Source: the human T2T-CHM13v2.0 reference genome, Homo sapiens. Taken from it: DNA of 64,000 nt. Made by a program: the position numbers and the translations under genes. Under the pieces are notes generated by a model. That model saw only the letters and a program-made list of their open reading frames with translations, did no database searches and was not told the DNA's origin. This document shows, in pieces, positions 1 through 15,050 of the stretch. The stretch lies in assembly GCF_009914755.1 (NCBI RefSeq), contig NC_060930.1. The stretch is one strand, 5' to 3'. The first letter of the stretch is position 1. The number at the start of each line of letters is the position of its first letter.

Positions 1-329
1 ATGTGAGTTCATTTATAACTCACAATTAAACTAAAAATGATTTAATGAGTTTAGGGTTCTTCAAGTAGGAGAAATATGTATAAATTGGTGGTTACTAAAT
101 GCCTTTATTGCTCTTATCATTTAGAATCTTCAAATTGGAATGAAAATGTCCTCCTCGGTGTTATTTCTTCTGTGTGGCACTCATCAAATTAAAACAGGAG
201 GGGAGTGTGGTGGGGAGGGAGTAGTGAAAGCAGCATATAATTCATAACCAAGATTGGAAAGCTGGGTTTAAATGGAAGTTTGTCTTTTCTATGGAGGGGT
301 ACAACTTGGGAGGAGGGGTAAGTTGGTTG

Positions 330-455
330 ACTTATCAGAACTTCAATTTTCTCATTTCTAAACAATGAAAATGGTACCTCATGGGATTATTATGAGGATT
401 AAGTAGGTAAACATATTTAGAACCTCAGTGTGGTTCCTGACATGTGCTCGGTATA
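330..455 (+). mobile_element. MIR fragment
   Basis: MIR core-like ttttctcatttctaaa...gattattatgaggattaag. Confidence 0.55.
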
Positions 456-763
456 AATAAAAATTTTTTATCTCTCTTCTGGTTGCATCTCATAAGCACT
501 ACACAAACTATACTGATGGTTCTAGTGTTAATGATAGTAAATATGAGGCACAATACAATGTTTGAGGCTATTACTCTAAAGACCATTAACAAGAAGTTAA
601 ATTATATTTATAACAAGCACACACAAATATACATACACTTATAAATACACACTTTTTAAAATTTCCTATTTTAAGGTAGAGGAGGCTCTTAACAAGGTTT
701 AGAAACTTAGATGCTAGAAAAGACATACTTATTTGACTGTGTCAAATTTAAAAAGTGACCATA

Positions 764-1038
764 GGCCGAGCACAGTGGCTTATGCCTGTAATCTCAGCAC
801 TTTGGGAGGCCAAGGCAAGAGAATTGCTAGAGTCCAGGAGTTAGAGACGAGCTTGGGCAACATGGAAAGACCTTGCCTTTACAAAAAATAAAAAAATTAG
901 CCGGGTGTATTGGTGTATGCCTGTGGTCCCAGCTACTTGGGAGGCTGGGATAGGAGGATTGCTTGAGCCCAGGATGTCAAGGGTACTAGTGGGCCAGCCT
1001 GGGTGACAGAGTGAGCTCGTGTCTCAAAAATAAATAAA
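764..1038 (+). mobile_element. Old Alu (AluJ-like) with right-arm deletion
   Basis: GGCCGAGCAC... start, mid A-rich linker, A tail. Confidence 0.9.
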
Positions 1039-1039
1039 G

Positions 1040-1830
<791 letters not shown>

Positions 1831-2304
1831 GAGCCTATAAAATAATATTTGATAAAACAATGACATTCCCCCTTATTTCTATGTGTCTTTGTAACTGAGT
1901 AAGCATGGATAAATTTGTGGAAGAATAATAATGCAGGGTAGAGTGAATAAAGCAAAACATTAGGAAAAGTGTATGTGGTGTGATCACATTTATGCATTTA
2001 TATATTACATGTGAATGTGTATGTAAAAATGAAAACTATATAGAAAGCAAATGTTCTTCTATATTTGTTACTACAACAGATGGCCATAATTTGGTTTTGA
2101 GGAAAAAAAACTAAAAATTTGACATTTGGGACCTCGGTTATGATAAAAGTTCCATAATTCACACTCAGGGAAGAACATCTTTCATGTTAAAAATTGATAC
2201 AGGATATTGCGAATAAACAACAAATAGGAAATTTTGAAAGTTTTTTTCAAGAACTTGAGTGTTTATTTTAGTTTTCCATAATACAGCTTTGTCTTATATT
2301 TTAG

Positions 2305-2458
2305 GAAGCCACAGATGATGGACATAACAACAACCTTCTTCCTCAGATTATTCAGTGTTTTGCATGTCCAAATTGCTTCCTTCTTTTTAGCAGAAAGGAG
2401 GAGTGTTCAAAGCATATGTCTGGAAAGAATCATTTCCATCAGAGTTTCAAACTGGGTG
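2305..2458 (+). CDS. ZNF451: ZNF451 internal coding exon (EATDDGHNNN...CFACPNCFLLFSRKEECSKHMSGKNH..., C2H2 finger), 154 nt
   Basis: ttttag| acceptor, |gtatgt donor; phase 0 to 1; CxxC-x12-H-x5-H motif; joins the next exon in frame. Confidence 0.95.
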
Positions 2459-2950
2459 GTATGTTAATACTCTCTTCTGCTGAAAATTAAACTACTTGAA
2501 TCTTTGCTGATTTATCATACTTCTCAGATCATTCTTGAGATTACATATCCTCATCTTAGTTTTAGAACTATGAAAGTAAAAGATTATCTCAATTCCTACT
2601 TAAAAACAAAGATTCTTAATATTTATTTGTACGTATGAGTAAGGCTTACTAACTTTGAAGACTGAAGAAATCCTGGGAAGCAAATATTTATTCAGGATAA
2701 TGTTATGTTATATCATGATATCTTGGAAGTTTTCTGTTTCTCGGCATTTAAGACTCAAATTTTAATTTGAGTATAAGTAAGGCATTCTTTGTATTTAAGG
2801 CTAGAAAGTGGCTTCCCTTAGATTTTTATTGCCAAAATAACTGTCTTCTTTTACTTACTCCAACTAATGTTGAGAAGGGCTGAGGGGAGGAAGGTTGGGT
2901 TACTCTGTACTCAAATAACTTTGCAAATTATAGTTTATTTTGTCTTTCAG

Positions 2951-3098
2951 ATAACAAAGGAATTGCACATCCAATATCTTTCCCATCTTTTGCAAAGAAA
3001 CTTTTGATCTCTCTGTGCAAAGATGTTCCCTTTCAAGTTAAGTGTGTGGCCTGCCACAAGACACTGCGTTCCCACATGGAGCTCACTGCCCATTTCAG
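2951..3098 (+). CDS. ZNF451: ZNF451 coding exon (DNKGIAHPISFPSF...KCVACHKTLRSHMELTAHFR), 148 nt
   Basis: tctttcag| acceptor, |gtttgt donor; phase 1 to 2; the C2H2 finger is completed by the next exon. Confidence 0.95.
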
Positions 3099-3539
3099 GT
3101 TTGTATTGGTCTGGAGCTGTAAAGGAATACGGATGAGTGTTTGCCAGTGAGAAGATTCAACAAATACATTTTCTTTCCATGTTTCTCTCCTTTTAAAATG
3201 AGAATATACAGTTGCCTGGAAATTAGCCAAATTTAACATAGTGAGAGAAGTTAGAGTTGTGGAAAACGTGGATATATTGATATTCTGCAAGTGTAAAGCA
3301 AGCTAACAGTTCTAAGTTTTGTGTATGTTCTTCTGTGTGTGTTCTGTAAGTATGAGTAGGAGAGGAAAGGGTTAAAGTAGAACCTTGGCTTTAAGTCAAC
3401 CAGAATGGAAAGTATCATATACATTTGAAAGATTAAATCTCAATGAAAGGCCAAATTTATCAAGTAACCAAGAAAGAGTCCAGTATGATTTGTGATTGCC
3501 ATAGTATCTGTGAGATTTATCTATATTGTTTAGTACATT

Positions 3540-4659
3540 GTTCCTTCTTATTGGTAAGTAGTATTGTGTGAATATAGCACAATTTGTTGATCCATTCCCT
3601 TGTTGATAGATAGTTGGGTTGTTTACAATTTATAGCTTTTATGAATAAAGCTGCTTTGAATACTTTGCACAGGTCTTTTCATGGTCATATGTTTTCATTT
3701 CTCTTGGATGGACATTGAAAAGTGGAATTGTTGGTTCAGAAGTAGGTTTATATTTAACTTTATGAGAACCTACTAAATATCCAAAGTTGGTCGTATTAGT
3801 TTCATTCCTACAGGTAAGGTATGAAAGTTCTAGTTACTCTTCACCCTTGCTAACATTTGATATTGCCACTCTTTTTCATTTTAGCTATTCTTGTGTCTCA
3901 TTTTAGTTTATTATGTGCATTTTCTTGATAAACAATGATGTTGGGCACTTTCTTGTGTTTATGGGCTATTTGTTTATCTTTGTGAAATCTCTGTTCAAGT
4001 CTTTTGCCAGTCTTCAAAATTGGATTGTTTGCCTTCTTAATAGTGAGTTGGGGTTCTTTATATATTCTAGATACAAATCTTTTGTCAGATTCGTATCTAG
4101 AATACAGGAATTTCTAGAATATACAAATATTTATGAGTATATTTTCCTGTGATTTTGCATATTCATATTTTTAATTATACCTTTTGATGAACAGAAGCTT
4201 TTCTTTGCATTAGGTGTATAATTTGTTGATTATTTTCTTCTTTTATGGTTATGCTTTCTGTGTCCTGAGAAACCCTTGCCTCTTCTTGCTTAAAGAATGT
4301 ATTTTATTTCCCTAAATTCAGCTTTGATATTTTTAAATATTTATGTTTATTTCTATAATCTATTTCAAATTTTTGTTGATTTTTACAACAACCATTGTCT
4401 GGTTTCCCTGGCAATTCTCTGTTGTTTGCCCATTTTCTAGTTCATTGATTTCTGCTCTTTAAACTTTGAGTTTAATTTGCTTATCTTTGTCTAGCTCTTA
4501 AAGGTAGAAGTTTAGATTGACTTTGGATCTTTGTTTTCAATATAAACATTTAAAAATATAAATTTCCCACTAAGCACTGCTTTACCTGCATGCCACAGAT
4601 GTTGATAAGTTGTGTTTTCATTTTTATTCAGTTAAAAATACGTATCTCTTTTTTCCTCA

Positions 4660-4660
<1 letters not shown>
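3540..4660 (-). mobile_element. Ancient L1 fragments, antisense
   Basis: T-rich sequence with typical antisense L1 phrases (tatgaataaagctgct, ctgttcaagtcttttgcc). Confidence 0.7.
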
Positions 4661-5575
<915 letters not shown>

Positions 5576-5649
5576 TGTTTTGGAAAAATGTTATCTTTGC
5601 CCTTTTGATTTATTGTTTGACCTATAGGTTTATTAGAAATGTGTTGCTT

Positions 5650-5946
5650 GGCTGGGCGTGGTGGCTCACACCTGTAATCCTAACACTTTGGGAGGCTTAG
5701 GCAGGTGGATTGCCTGAGCTCAGGAGTTCGAGACCAGCCTGGCTAACATGGCGAAACCCCATCTCTACTAAAAATACAAAAAATTAACCGGGTGTGGTGG
5801 TGAGCGCCTGTAATCCCAGCTACTTGGTGGCTGAGGCAAGAGAATCGCTTGAACCTGGGAGGCAGAGGTTGCAGTGATCCAAGATTGTGCCACTGCACTC
5901 CAGCCTGGGTGACAGAAGGATTTTCTGTCTCCAAACACACAAAAAA
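5650..5946 (+). mobile_element. AluS-type element
   Basis: Full dimer; degenerate TSD agaaatgtgttgctt / agatatgtgtggctt. Confidence 0.95.
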
Positions 5947-6300
5947 GATATGTGTGGCTTAACTTCTAAAGGTTTATAGATGTTACATTTAGGTATTTAA
6001 TTTATAAACATTTAGGGATTTGTATTATTTTTTGTTTCCAATTTAATTCCACAATAATTAGAGAACATATTTTGTACAGTTTTTTTCTTTTGAAATATAT
6101 TAAATGTATAAAATGGTAGCAGGTCTGTTCTCTCTGGAGTTTAGTAGTGAAGACACAGTTGTTCTATTTTTTTATTTTCCTAGGGAAGTTGATTTATTTT
6201 GAGTTAATTTGTGGAATAGTATGTGGTTTTATTGAGCCTAGTTCTTCAGTGCAAAAGCAACTAGGGGCATGACATTTGTCTGACATAAAATTAATCAGTT

Positions 6301-7685
6301 CTTTATTTTTATTTCTTATAGATTCAGGGGGTACGAGTGCAGTTTTGTTACATGGGTATATTGTGAAGCTCAGATATCTGGGCTTTTAATGTCACTATCA
6401 TCCAAATAGTGAACATTGTACCCAATAGGTTATTTTCCAACCCTCACCCATTTCCCAACCTCCCACCTTTTGGAGTTTTCAATATCTGTTTATTATTCCA
6501 CTCTATATGTCCACGTGTACCCATTGTTTAACTCCCACTTAGAAATGAAAATTTGCAGTATTTGACATTCTGAGTTATTTCACTTAGGATAATGGCCTCC
6601 AGTTCCATACATGTTGCTTCAAAAGGCATGATTTCATTCTTTTTTATGACTCAGTAGTATTCCATGGTATATATACCATATTTTCTTTATTCAATAATCC
6701 ATTGATGGACACTTAGGTTGATTCCATTCATTATCGCTATTGTCAATAGTGCTGCGGTAAATGTACAAGTGTAGGTGTCTTTTTGATATAATGCTTACTT
6801 TTTCTTAAGGTAGATACCAGTAGTGGGACTGCTGGATCAAAGGGCGGTTCTATTTTTAGTTTTTTAAGAAAGCTCCATATTGTTTTCCATAGAGGTTGTA
6901 CTAATTTACATTTCCATCAACAGTGTATAAGTGTTCCCTTTTCTCTGTATCCTTGCCAACATCAGTTGTTTTTTGACTTTTTAATAACAGCCATTTTGAC
7001 TGGTGTAAGATGGTATCGCATTGTTTTAATTTGAAGTTCTCTGATGATTAGTAATGTTGAGTATTTATGGGCCAGTTGTATGTCTTCTTTTGAAAAATGT
7101 CTGTTCATGTCCTTTGCCCACTTCTTAATGGGATTATTTGTGGATTTTTTTCTTGTTAAGTTCCTAGTAGATTCTGAATATTAGTCCTTTGTCAGATGCA
7201 TAGTTTGCAGATATTTTCTCCCATTCTGTAAGTTGTCTGTTTATTCTCTTGATTATTTCTTTTGCTATGCTTAAGCTTTTAAGTCCCATTTGTCTATTTT
7301 AGGGCTTTGTTGCATTTGCTTTTGAGGACTTAGTCATAAATTTTTTGCCTAGGCCATTGTCCGGAAGGGGTTTTCCTAGGTTTTCTTCTAGAATTTTTAT
7401 AGTTTCAGGTCTTAGCCTTTAATCCATCTTGAGTTATTTTTTGTATATGATGAAAGATATGGGTTCAGTTTTATTCTTCTGCATATGGCTGTCAAGTTTT
7501 ATCAGCACCATTTATTAAATAGGGTGTCCTTTCCCCAGTGTCTATTTTTGTCAATTTCATCAAAGATCAGTAGTTTGTAGGTATGTGGCTTTATTGCTGG
7601 GTTCTCTATTCTGTTCCATTGATCTGTGTGTCTGTTTTTATACCAGTACATGTTGTTTTGGTTACCATAGCCTTATAGTATCAAC
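6301..7685 (-). mobile_element. 5'-truncated L1 (L1PB-like), about 1.4 kb
   Basis: Antisense L1 3'UTR and ORF2 end; TSD attaatcagtt at 6290-6300 and 7686-7696. Confidence 0.85.
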
Positions 7686-8092
7686 ATTAATCAGTTATTA
7701 AAGAATAGGAACTGGGTTGTCTAGAATCTTAACCATAGTGTTCTTACATACAGTTTAATTACCATGGAGAGTCTAATAATTTGCCTGTTCAATAAGGTCC
7801 TCTGTCAGTGCTTTTGATACAGATTTTAGTTTTCTAAAATTTGCCTGAATTTAAAAAATTTTGAATCTAGTTTTAGCCTTTTGTATTTTAACTAGAAATA
7901 GATAAAGTGCAGATAATACTCAAGTATTTTGAGATGATAGAACATCATTATGTCATTTGCATCTTTATTGAAAAGTATCTTTTAGTGCTTATTTATACGT
8001 TGGTTATTTTATAATTCCTGCAATAAAATGCAGCAATGGTATATTTAGAAAATACTTCTGAAAGACTTTCTATTTCTTTTTATCTAATTTAG

Positions 8093-9696
8093 AGTTCATT
8101 GTCGAAATGCTGGACCTGTAGCTGTAGCTGAGAAGAGCATTACCCAGGTTGCAGAGAAATTCATATTAAGAGGTTATTGTCCAGATTGCAATCAAGTCTT
8201 TGTGGATGAAACCAGCACCCAAAATCATAAGCAGAATTCAGGACACAAAGTCCGAGTCATTAACTCAGTGGAAGAATCAGTCTTACTCTATTGCCACAGC
8301 AGCGAAGGGAACAAGGATCCTTCTTCTGACTTGCATTTATTGTTGGATCAATCAAAATTTTCATCACTTAAAAGAACCATGTCTATTAAAGAATCTAGCT
8401 CACTGGAGTGCATTGCCATTCCAAAAAAGAAGATGAATTTAAAAGATAAAAGCCATGAAGGTGTTGCTTGTGTCCAGAAAGAAAAATCAGTAGTTAAAAC
8501 CTGGTTCTGTGAATGCAATCAGCGATTCCCAAGTGAAGATGCAGTAGAAAAGCATGTTTTCTCAGCAAACACAATGGGTTATAAATGTGTGGTCTGTGGA
8601 AAGGTATGTGATGATTCAGGGGTCATTCGTTTACACATGAGCCGGATTCACGGAGGGGCACATTTAAATAACTTTCTTTTCTGGTGTCGGACATGCAAAA
8701 AGGAGTTAACAAGGAAAGATACTATCATGGCACATGTGACTGAATTTCATAATGGACACAGATATTTTTATGAGATGGATGAGGTAGAAGGTGAAACTTT
8801 GCCATCATCCTCTACAACATTGGATAATTTGACTGCTAACAAGCCTTCATCAGCTATTACTGTTATTGATCATTCCCCGGCAAATAGTTCTCCGAGGGGT
8901 AAATGGCAATGCCGGATTTGTGAAGATATGTTTGATTCCCAGGAATATGTAAAACAGCACTGCATGTCTTTGGCAAGCCACAAGTTTCATAGATACAGCT
9001 GTGCTCACTGCAGAAAGCCTTTTCATAAGATAGAAACATTGTACCGACATTGCCAAGATGAGCATGACAATGAGATAAAGATTAAATACTTCTGTGGGCT
9101 TTGTGATCTTATCTTTAATGTGGAAGAAGCATTTCTGAGTCATTATGAGGAGCACCACAGCATAGATTATGTATTTGTGTCAGAAAAAACTGAAACTTCA
9201 ATTAAAACCGAAGATGATTTTCCAGTAATAGAGACCAGTAACCAGTTAACTTGTGGTTGCCGTGAGAGTTACATCTGTAAAGTCAACAGAAAAGAAGATT
9301 ATAGCAGATGTCTCCAAATCATGCTGGATAAAGGAAAACTGTGGTTTCGCTGCAGTTTATGTTCGGCAACAGCACAGAATTTAACCGACATGAACACTCA
9401 TATCCATCAAGTGCACAAAGAAAAGAGTGATGAGGAGGAGCAGCAGTATGTAATCAAGTGTGGCACCTGCACCAAAGCATTTCATGATCCTGAGAGTGCA
9501 CAGCAGCATTTCCATAGAAAACATTGCTTCTTACAGAAACCCAGTGTGGCTCATTTTGGATCTGAAAAATCAAACCTGTACAAGTTTACTGCTAGTGCCT
9601 CACATACAGAGAGAAAACTGAAACAGGCAATAAACTATTCAAAAAGTTTAGACATGGAGAAAGGAGTTGAGAATGACCTAAGCTATCAGAATATAG
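8093..9696 (+). CDS. ZNF451: ZNF451 large coding exon (1604 nt) with multiple C2H2 and degenerate zinc fingers
   Basis: Contains the 502-aa ORF 8202..9710, whose start is an internal GTG; atttag| acceptor, |gtatgg donor; repeated CxxC-x12-H-x3-5-H motifs; phase 2 to 1. Confidence 0.97.
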
Positions 9697-10333
9697 GTAT
9701 GGCTTTATAGCTCTATGCAAATTTCATATACTGATATTGAAACTTACAATGTACCCACCTCGATTCAATTTTGAAGCAAGAAACAGGGTAACTTCTTGAT
9801 GGTATGTTAATTATTATGGTATATACATTTTAGGGGTTTGTATTCCTACTACTACATTTATCCACTTTCTAAACTTACGAGGACAGAGTATATGTTGGCT
9901 TTAAATAATATATATTTTAGATATCATTTTATTTTACAAAAGGTGTGGAGATTTTGAAGATGAAGGAAGTTGATAGTTTTTCTGAAAGTTAGATTTCAAA
10001 GTTATCCTAGTATTAATATCATTTAGATTTTTCTTGTAATATTTGGGTTAACTAAAAAGATAAATCACGTGAATTCTTTTTGTTTCTATTTGGCCATATT
10101 CTTTAGTGTGAGACATTTTAAAGGTCATTTCAGCATTTGTATATTTTTGTTATGATTAACTTGGAAGAAAAGCTTTAACATACAATTAAAATAGCAATTA
10201 GAAGTAGAGTTAAAGTGGTAGCAGGAAACCAGGGGGAAAATTGAAATATGAATTCCTTGTTTGTACTTACTCCAGACTTTCTTTCTTCCATATGATAGGA
10301 TTAAGTAAGTCTAGGCAGGTGTTATGTTTTTAT

Positions 10334-10397
10334 TTTGTTTAGAAGTATAATTTGTTTTGTTTAGAAGTATAATTTGTTTTTGTTTAGAGTATAATTT
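10334..10397. repeat. Three copies of a ~22-bp unit (tttgtttagaagtataatttgt)
   Basis: Direct tandem copies visible. Confidence 0.85.
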
Positions 10398-10409
10398 TAA
10401 GTGTATCTT

Positions 10410-10546
10410 CTTTTATTTGTAAAATTTTTTTGAGATGGGATTTTACTATGTTGCCCAGGCTGGTTTTGAACTCCTGGCCTTAAGCAATCCTCCTGTTTTA
10501 GCCTCCCCAAGTGTTGGGATTACAGGTGTGAGCCACCACACCTGAC
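10410..10546 (-). mobile_element. FLAM / Alu left monomer
   Basis: Antisense monomer with degenerate TSD ttaagtgtatcttc / ttaagtctatattc. Confidence 0.85.
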
Positions 10547-11721
10547 TTAAGTCTATATTCTTTTAAATAAATACTAATTCTTGGTGAGTTATACAATGTA
10601 GCATATTTGGGTACAGTGAGAATATGTGAAAATTTTGGCCAGTAATGTATTTTTATGAACTATTGAATTTTTAGAGTCTTGCTCTATACCATATGTAGAT
10701 TTCAACATCACCTTTAGTCATGGCATGTTTTCAGTGGTAAAGAATTAAATCATGAGCTACCTAGTCAACTCTAAACAGTGAAACACTGGTTACACCATTT
10801 TATGTTAGGCCTTTCTTTTGCGCTTCTGTTTACTTTTTTTTTGGAATTTGTGTTAGTCTGTGTTTGATAGAAAATGCAATACCTAAATCTAGAATTACCG
10901 AGAAGTTAGAGAAAAGACGTAAGGTGGCTTGGAAATGGAAGGGAATGGCAGTAGTATATTTGAAGGAACTATTAGAATAGAAACTATTCATTTTTTAAAT
11001 AATATAACATTTTAAAGTTTGCATTGTTACCACAGGAAACTTTAAGGCCTTGTCAAAGTGGAAAAGTATGAAACAAGATAAAGGGGAGGGAGAATGAGAG
11101 TTGGGGCATGGGGGAAGGTGAAAGAAGAATCTGAGAGAACCAAGAAGATGTGTTTATAGGGGGAGGTGTCTCTGTACCACTGGCACATATTTCTAGCACT
11201 GCTTTATGGCAGCAGGATTCTAGGTTATCTTATTTCTGCTCTCTAGGGTGTTTAATCCTAGAACTAGAGGGCTACTAATAAATCAGTCCAGACTGGGAAA
11301 AGAACCAAATTCTGGTGGTGAAAATGTTCTTAATAGGTAACCTTGGAATTTTATATGGGTGGTATTAGTTTTTGCTTATTTAACCTTAAAACTTGGTTTT
11401 CTAGTTCTTCTAGTACATTAATTTTTTAAAAAAATTCCTTGTATAAGTGACTTTTTAACAAGCTTTAGAGTTGTTGGAAGAAAATGTTTGCAAGAAGGAT
11501 ATATAACCAAAATTGGTGAAATGTTCAGATTATTTTTATCTGATTTAAGTGTAAATGGTGTCATGTACAGATTTGGATTTCACAAAAAGGTTTAGATAGA
11601 AATGAGTAACATTCAAGGTTAGTATTTTTGCATATTAGGCTTCTAATACTTTTTGGACTTGAAATCAGAATGATTTTAGCAAATTCTTACTGAACTCATG
11701 TTGATATTTCTCTCTTCTCAG

Positions 11722-11865
11722 AGGAAGAAATTGTTGAGCTTCCAGATTTGGATTACCTGCGAACCATGACTCATATAGTCTTTGTAGATTTTGATAACTG
11801 GTCAAACTTTTTTGGTCATCTACCAGGGCATCTAAACCAAGGAACATTTATTTGGGGCTTTCAAG
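11722..11865 (+). CDS. ZNF451: ZNF451 coding exon (EEEIVELPDLDYLRTMTHIVFVDFDNW...WGFQ), 144 nt, start of PIN/NYN-like domain; frame-symmetric cassette
   Basis: ctcttctcag| acceptor, |gtacgg donor; phase 1 to 1; open frame. Confidence 0.93.
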
Positions 11866-12082
11866 GTACGGTTAATAAGAAAAACAAAAGAAAACTTTTT
11901 CCCACCTCTTAGAATATAGTTCAGTTTAAAAGGCTCCTCTTAAACCTTCCTGGATAGAACATAGGAACATAATTGGAATATTGTTCTTTTGTATTATAGT
12001 TACTCTGCTAGAATCGTTTTCTTTACATGCCTCTGTGGTAAATGTTAGCTCTATCTGGTGACTCAAAGTTTATGGATCTTTT

Positions 12083-12446
<364 letters not shown>

Positions 12447-13223
12447 CTAAAATGTGTCAGGTGCTTTGGCTTTGTACTAACATGGTTACTGATTATTATG
12501 GTTTTATCCCTTTTAAAATACAAAGAAGCAGATGTTTTGTTTTTGTTTTTGTTTTTTTTCCCTCAAAGTTTTAAAACTAATAAATAGCAGAATTATTTGG
12601 CCTCTCAGCTATAGGACTAATGTTATTTTCAACATGCCATAACTGCCTCTTCGGTTCATCCTTGCTGTTCTTAAGTGTTCAGCTTCATCTAAACCTCTTT
12701 ACAAATTGTTGACCAAACTTGGGGGAGAGGCTTCTTTGGTTTACAGAGAATCTGCTATTGTTTGTGTTTGATAGGAAATAGCATGTAAAGAGAAAGATTG
12801 GGATTAAAGATAGAAACATACTGACCTGGATAAGTTAGCCAGTATAATTGCTTTAGTAAGTTGAGCTTTGGTGATTGCCCATCATTTCTGCATTGAACGG
12901 TGGTGACATCTGTAAAAACCACTTATGCTTACACTTATAGAATAATGCCATTCAAAGAATTTTTACACACATTGCTTTTGATTTTGCCTAATATCCATGT
13001 GAGTTTTAAGATGAGTTGACAGATTCAGGGAAGTTGGTCCACTTTCTCAAGACTTTAAAGCAACAAGATGTTGATGCTTATGCTAGGATGGAGTTCTTCC
13101 ACATTCTGATCTAGTACTTTGCCTCTAGAAAAATTTTTTTCTAGTATGTGTTTTTTCTTGATAAAATTTTTGGCCTTTCCTCTCCTGTTTGATTATCATT
13201 TTTGCCTTTTCTAAAATTAATAG

Positions 13224-13354
13224 GAGGAAACACCAATTGGAAGCCTCCGCTCAACTGTAAGATTTATAACTACCTGAACAGGATTGGATGCTTCTTCCTT
13301 CATCCTCGCTGTAGTAAAAGAAAAGATGCTGCTGATTTTGCCATATGTATGCAT
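13224..13354 (+). CDS. ZNF451: ZNF451 coding exon (GGNTNWKPPLNC...KRKDAADFAICMH), 131 nt
   Basis: aatag| acceptor, |gtgagt donor; phase 1 to 0; overlaps ORF 13202..13387. Confidence 0.95.
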
Positions 13355-13593
13355 GTGAGTCATTGTTTTATTCAAAATCTAATGTGAATCTCAGACCCAC
13401 TTGCATTTTTTTCCCCACTTGAATTGTAATGAGACTTATAGATCATTCTTCAGTACTTCAGGTTCTACCTATGACTATTATGAAGGCAGGACCCCATAGC
13501 ATATTTTTATTGCTTTATCCTCAACTTCTAGCAAACCTTCAGCTATCCATAGTAGACCCTCAACTATTTGTGGGATAAATGATCAAGAGCTGA

Positions 13594-13895
<302 letters not shown>

Positions 13896-14396
13896 TGATG
13901 ATACTGTATTTGATATATATTAAGACACTTTCATATTTTAATATCTCTAAAATTAAGAGGTACCTTAACAATCACTGTTGGCCTAGACAGAATTTGCATT
14001 TGCTTCTGTCTCTGCTGGGTACCTAGAGAAACTGCCAAACTGAGACCCACTTTAAATTTTCTGCTTGGGGACTTACATGTCACACTGATAATGTGAATTT
14101 ACTCTGCAAACTTGTTGACTGCAGCTTATGGTTTAAACAACAAAAGATTTCTTTTTCAGTCTATCTAATGCCAAGATTGAATCATGCAAATTGCCTTGCT
14201 TACCTTTTCTCTATGGCAGATTTATTTCTTATTTACCCTTATATTGAGCGTATAGCCCTTTGGCATTTCAACCTTATGTGAGGTCTGTTGGACTTCCATT
14301 TTGGCTTTTTCTTTTCATGGCACATTAAATAGCTTATATAATTTAATGGCATCTTATATTTGATTAAATGTGGGGTATTTCATTTATGAACGAGTT

Positions 14397-14749
<353 letters not shown>

Positions 14750-14863
14750 TAGGGAACAAGCTTAATATACCTTCCTAGGCATGTGTTCATTCTGAAATAG
14801 ATGTAACTTGTTTTGAAACTCATGCTGATTTTTTATCAACCTGTGCCATTTGTTCTAACTTAG

Positions 14864-15050
14864 GCTGGCCGTCTAGATGAACAACTACCCAAGCAAATTC
14901 CTTTCACCATCCTCTCAGGAGATCAAGGTTTTCTGGAGCTAGAGAATCAATTTAAGAAGACTCAGAGGCCAGCTCATATACTAAACCCTCACCACTTAGA
15001 GGGAGATATGATGTGTGCCTTGTTAAATAGCATATCTGATACCACCAAAG
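14864..15050 (+). CDS. ZNF451: ZNF451 coding exon (AGRLDEQLPKQIPFTILSGDQGF...SISDTTK), 187 nt
   Basis: ctaacttag| acceptor, |gtacgc donor; phase 0 to 1. Confidence 0.95.

Noticed and set aside
8850-9158. 102-aa antisense ORF within the large ZNF451 exon
   Set aside because: Shadow ORF of the coding strand with no recognisable motif
10334-10397. Short direct repeats resembling a CRISPR-like array
   Set aside because: Contiguous tandem copies with no unique spacers, in a mammalian intron
13221-13226. TAGGAG tandem (NAGNAG) acceptor, also at BAG2 exon 3 (44800-44805)
   Set aside because: Distal GAG acceptors are rarely used and the effect would be loss of a single Gly
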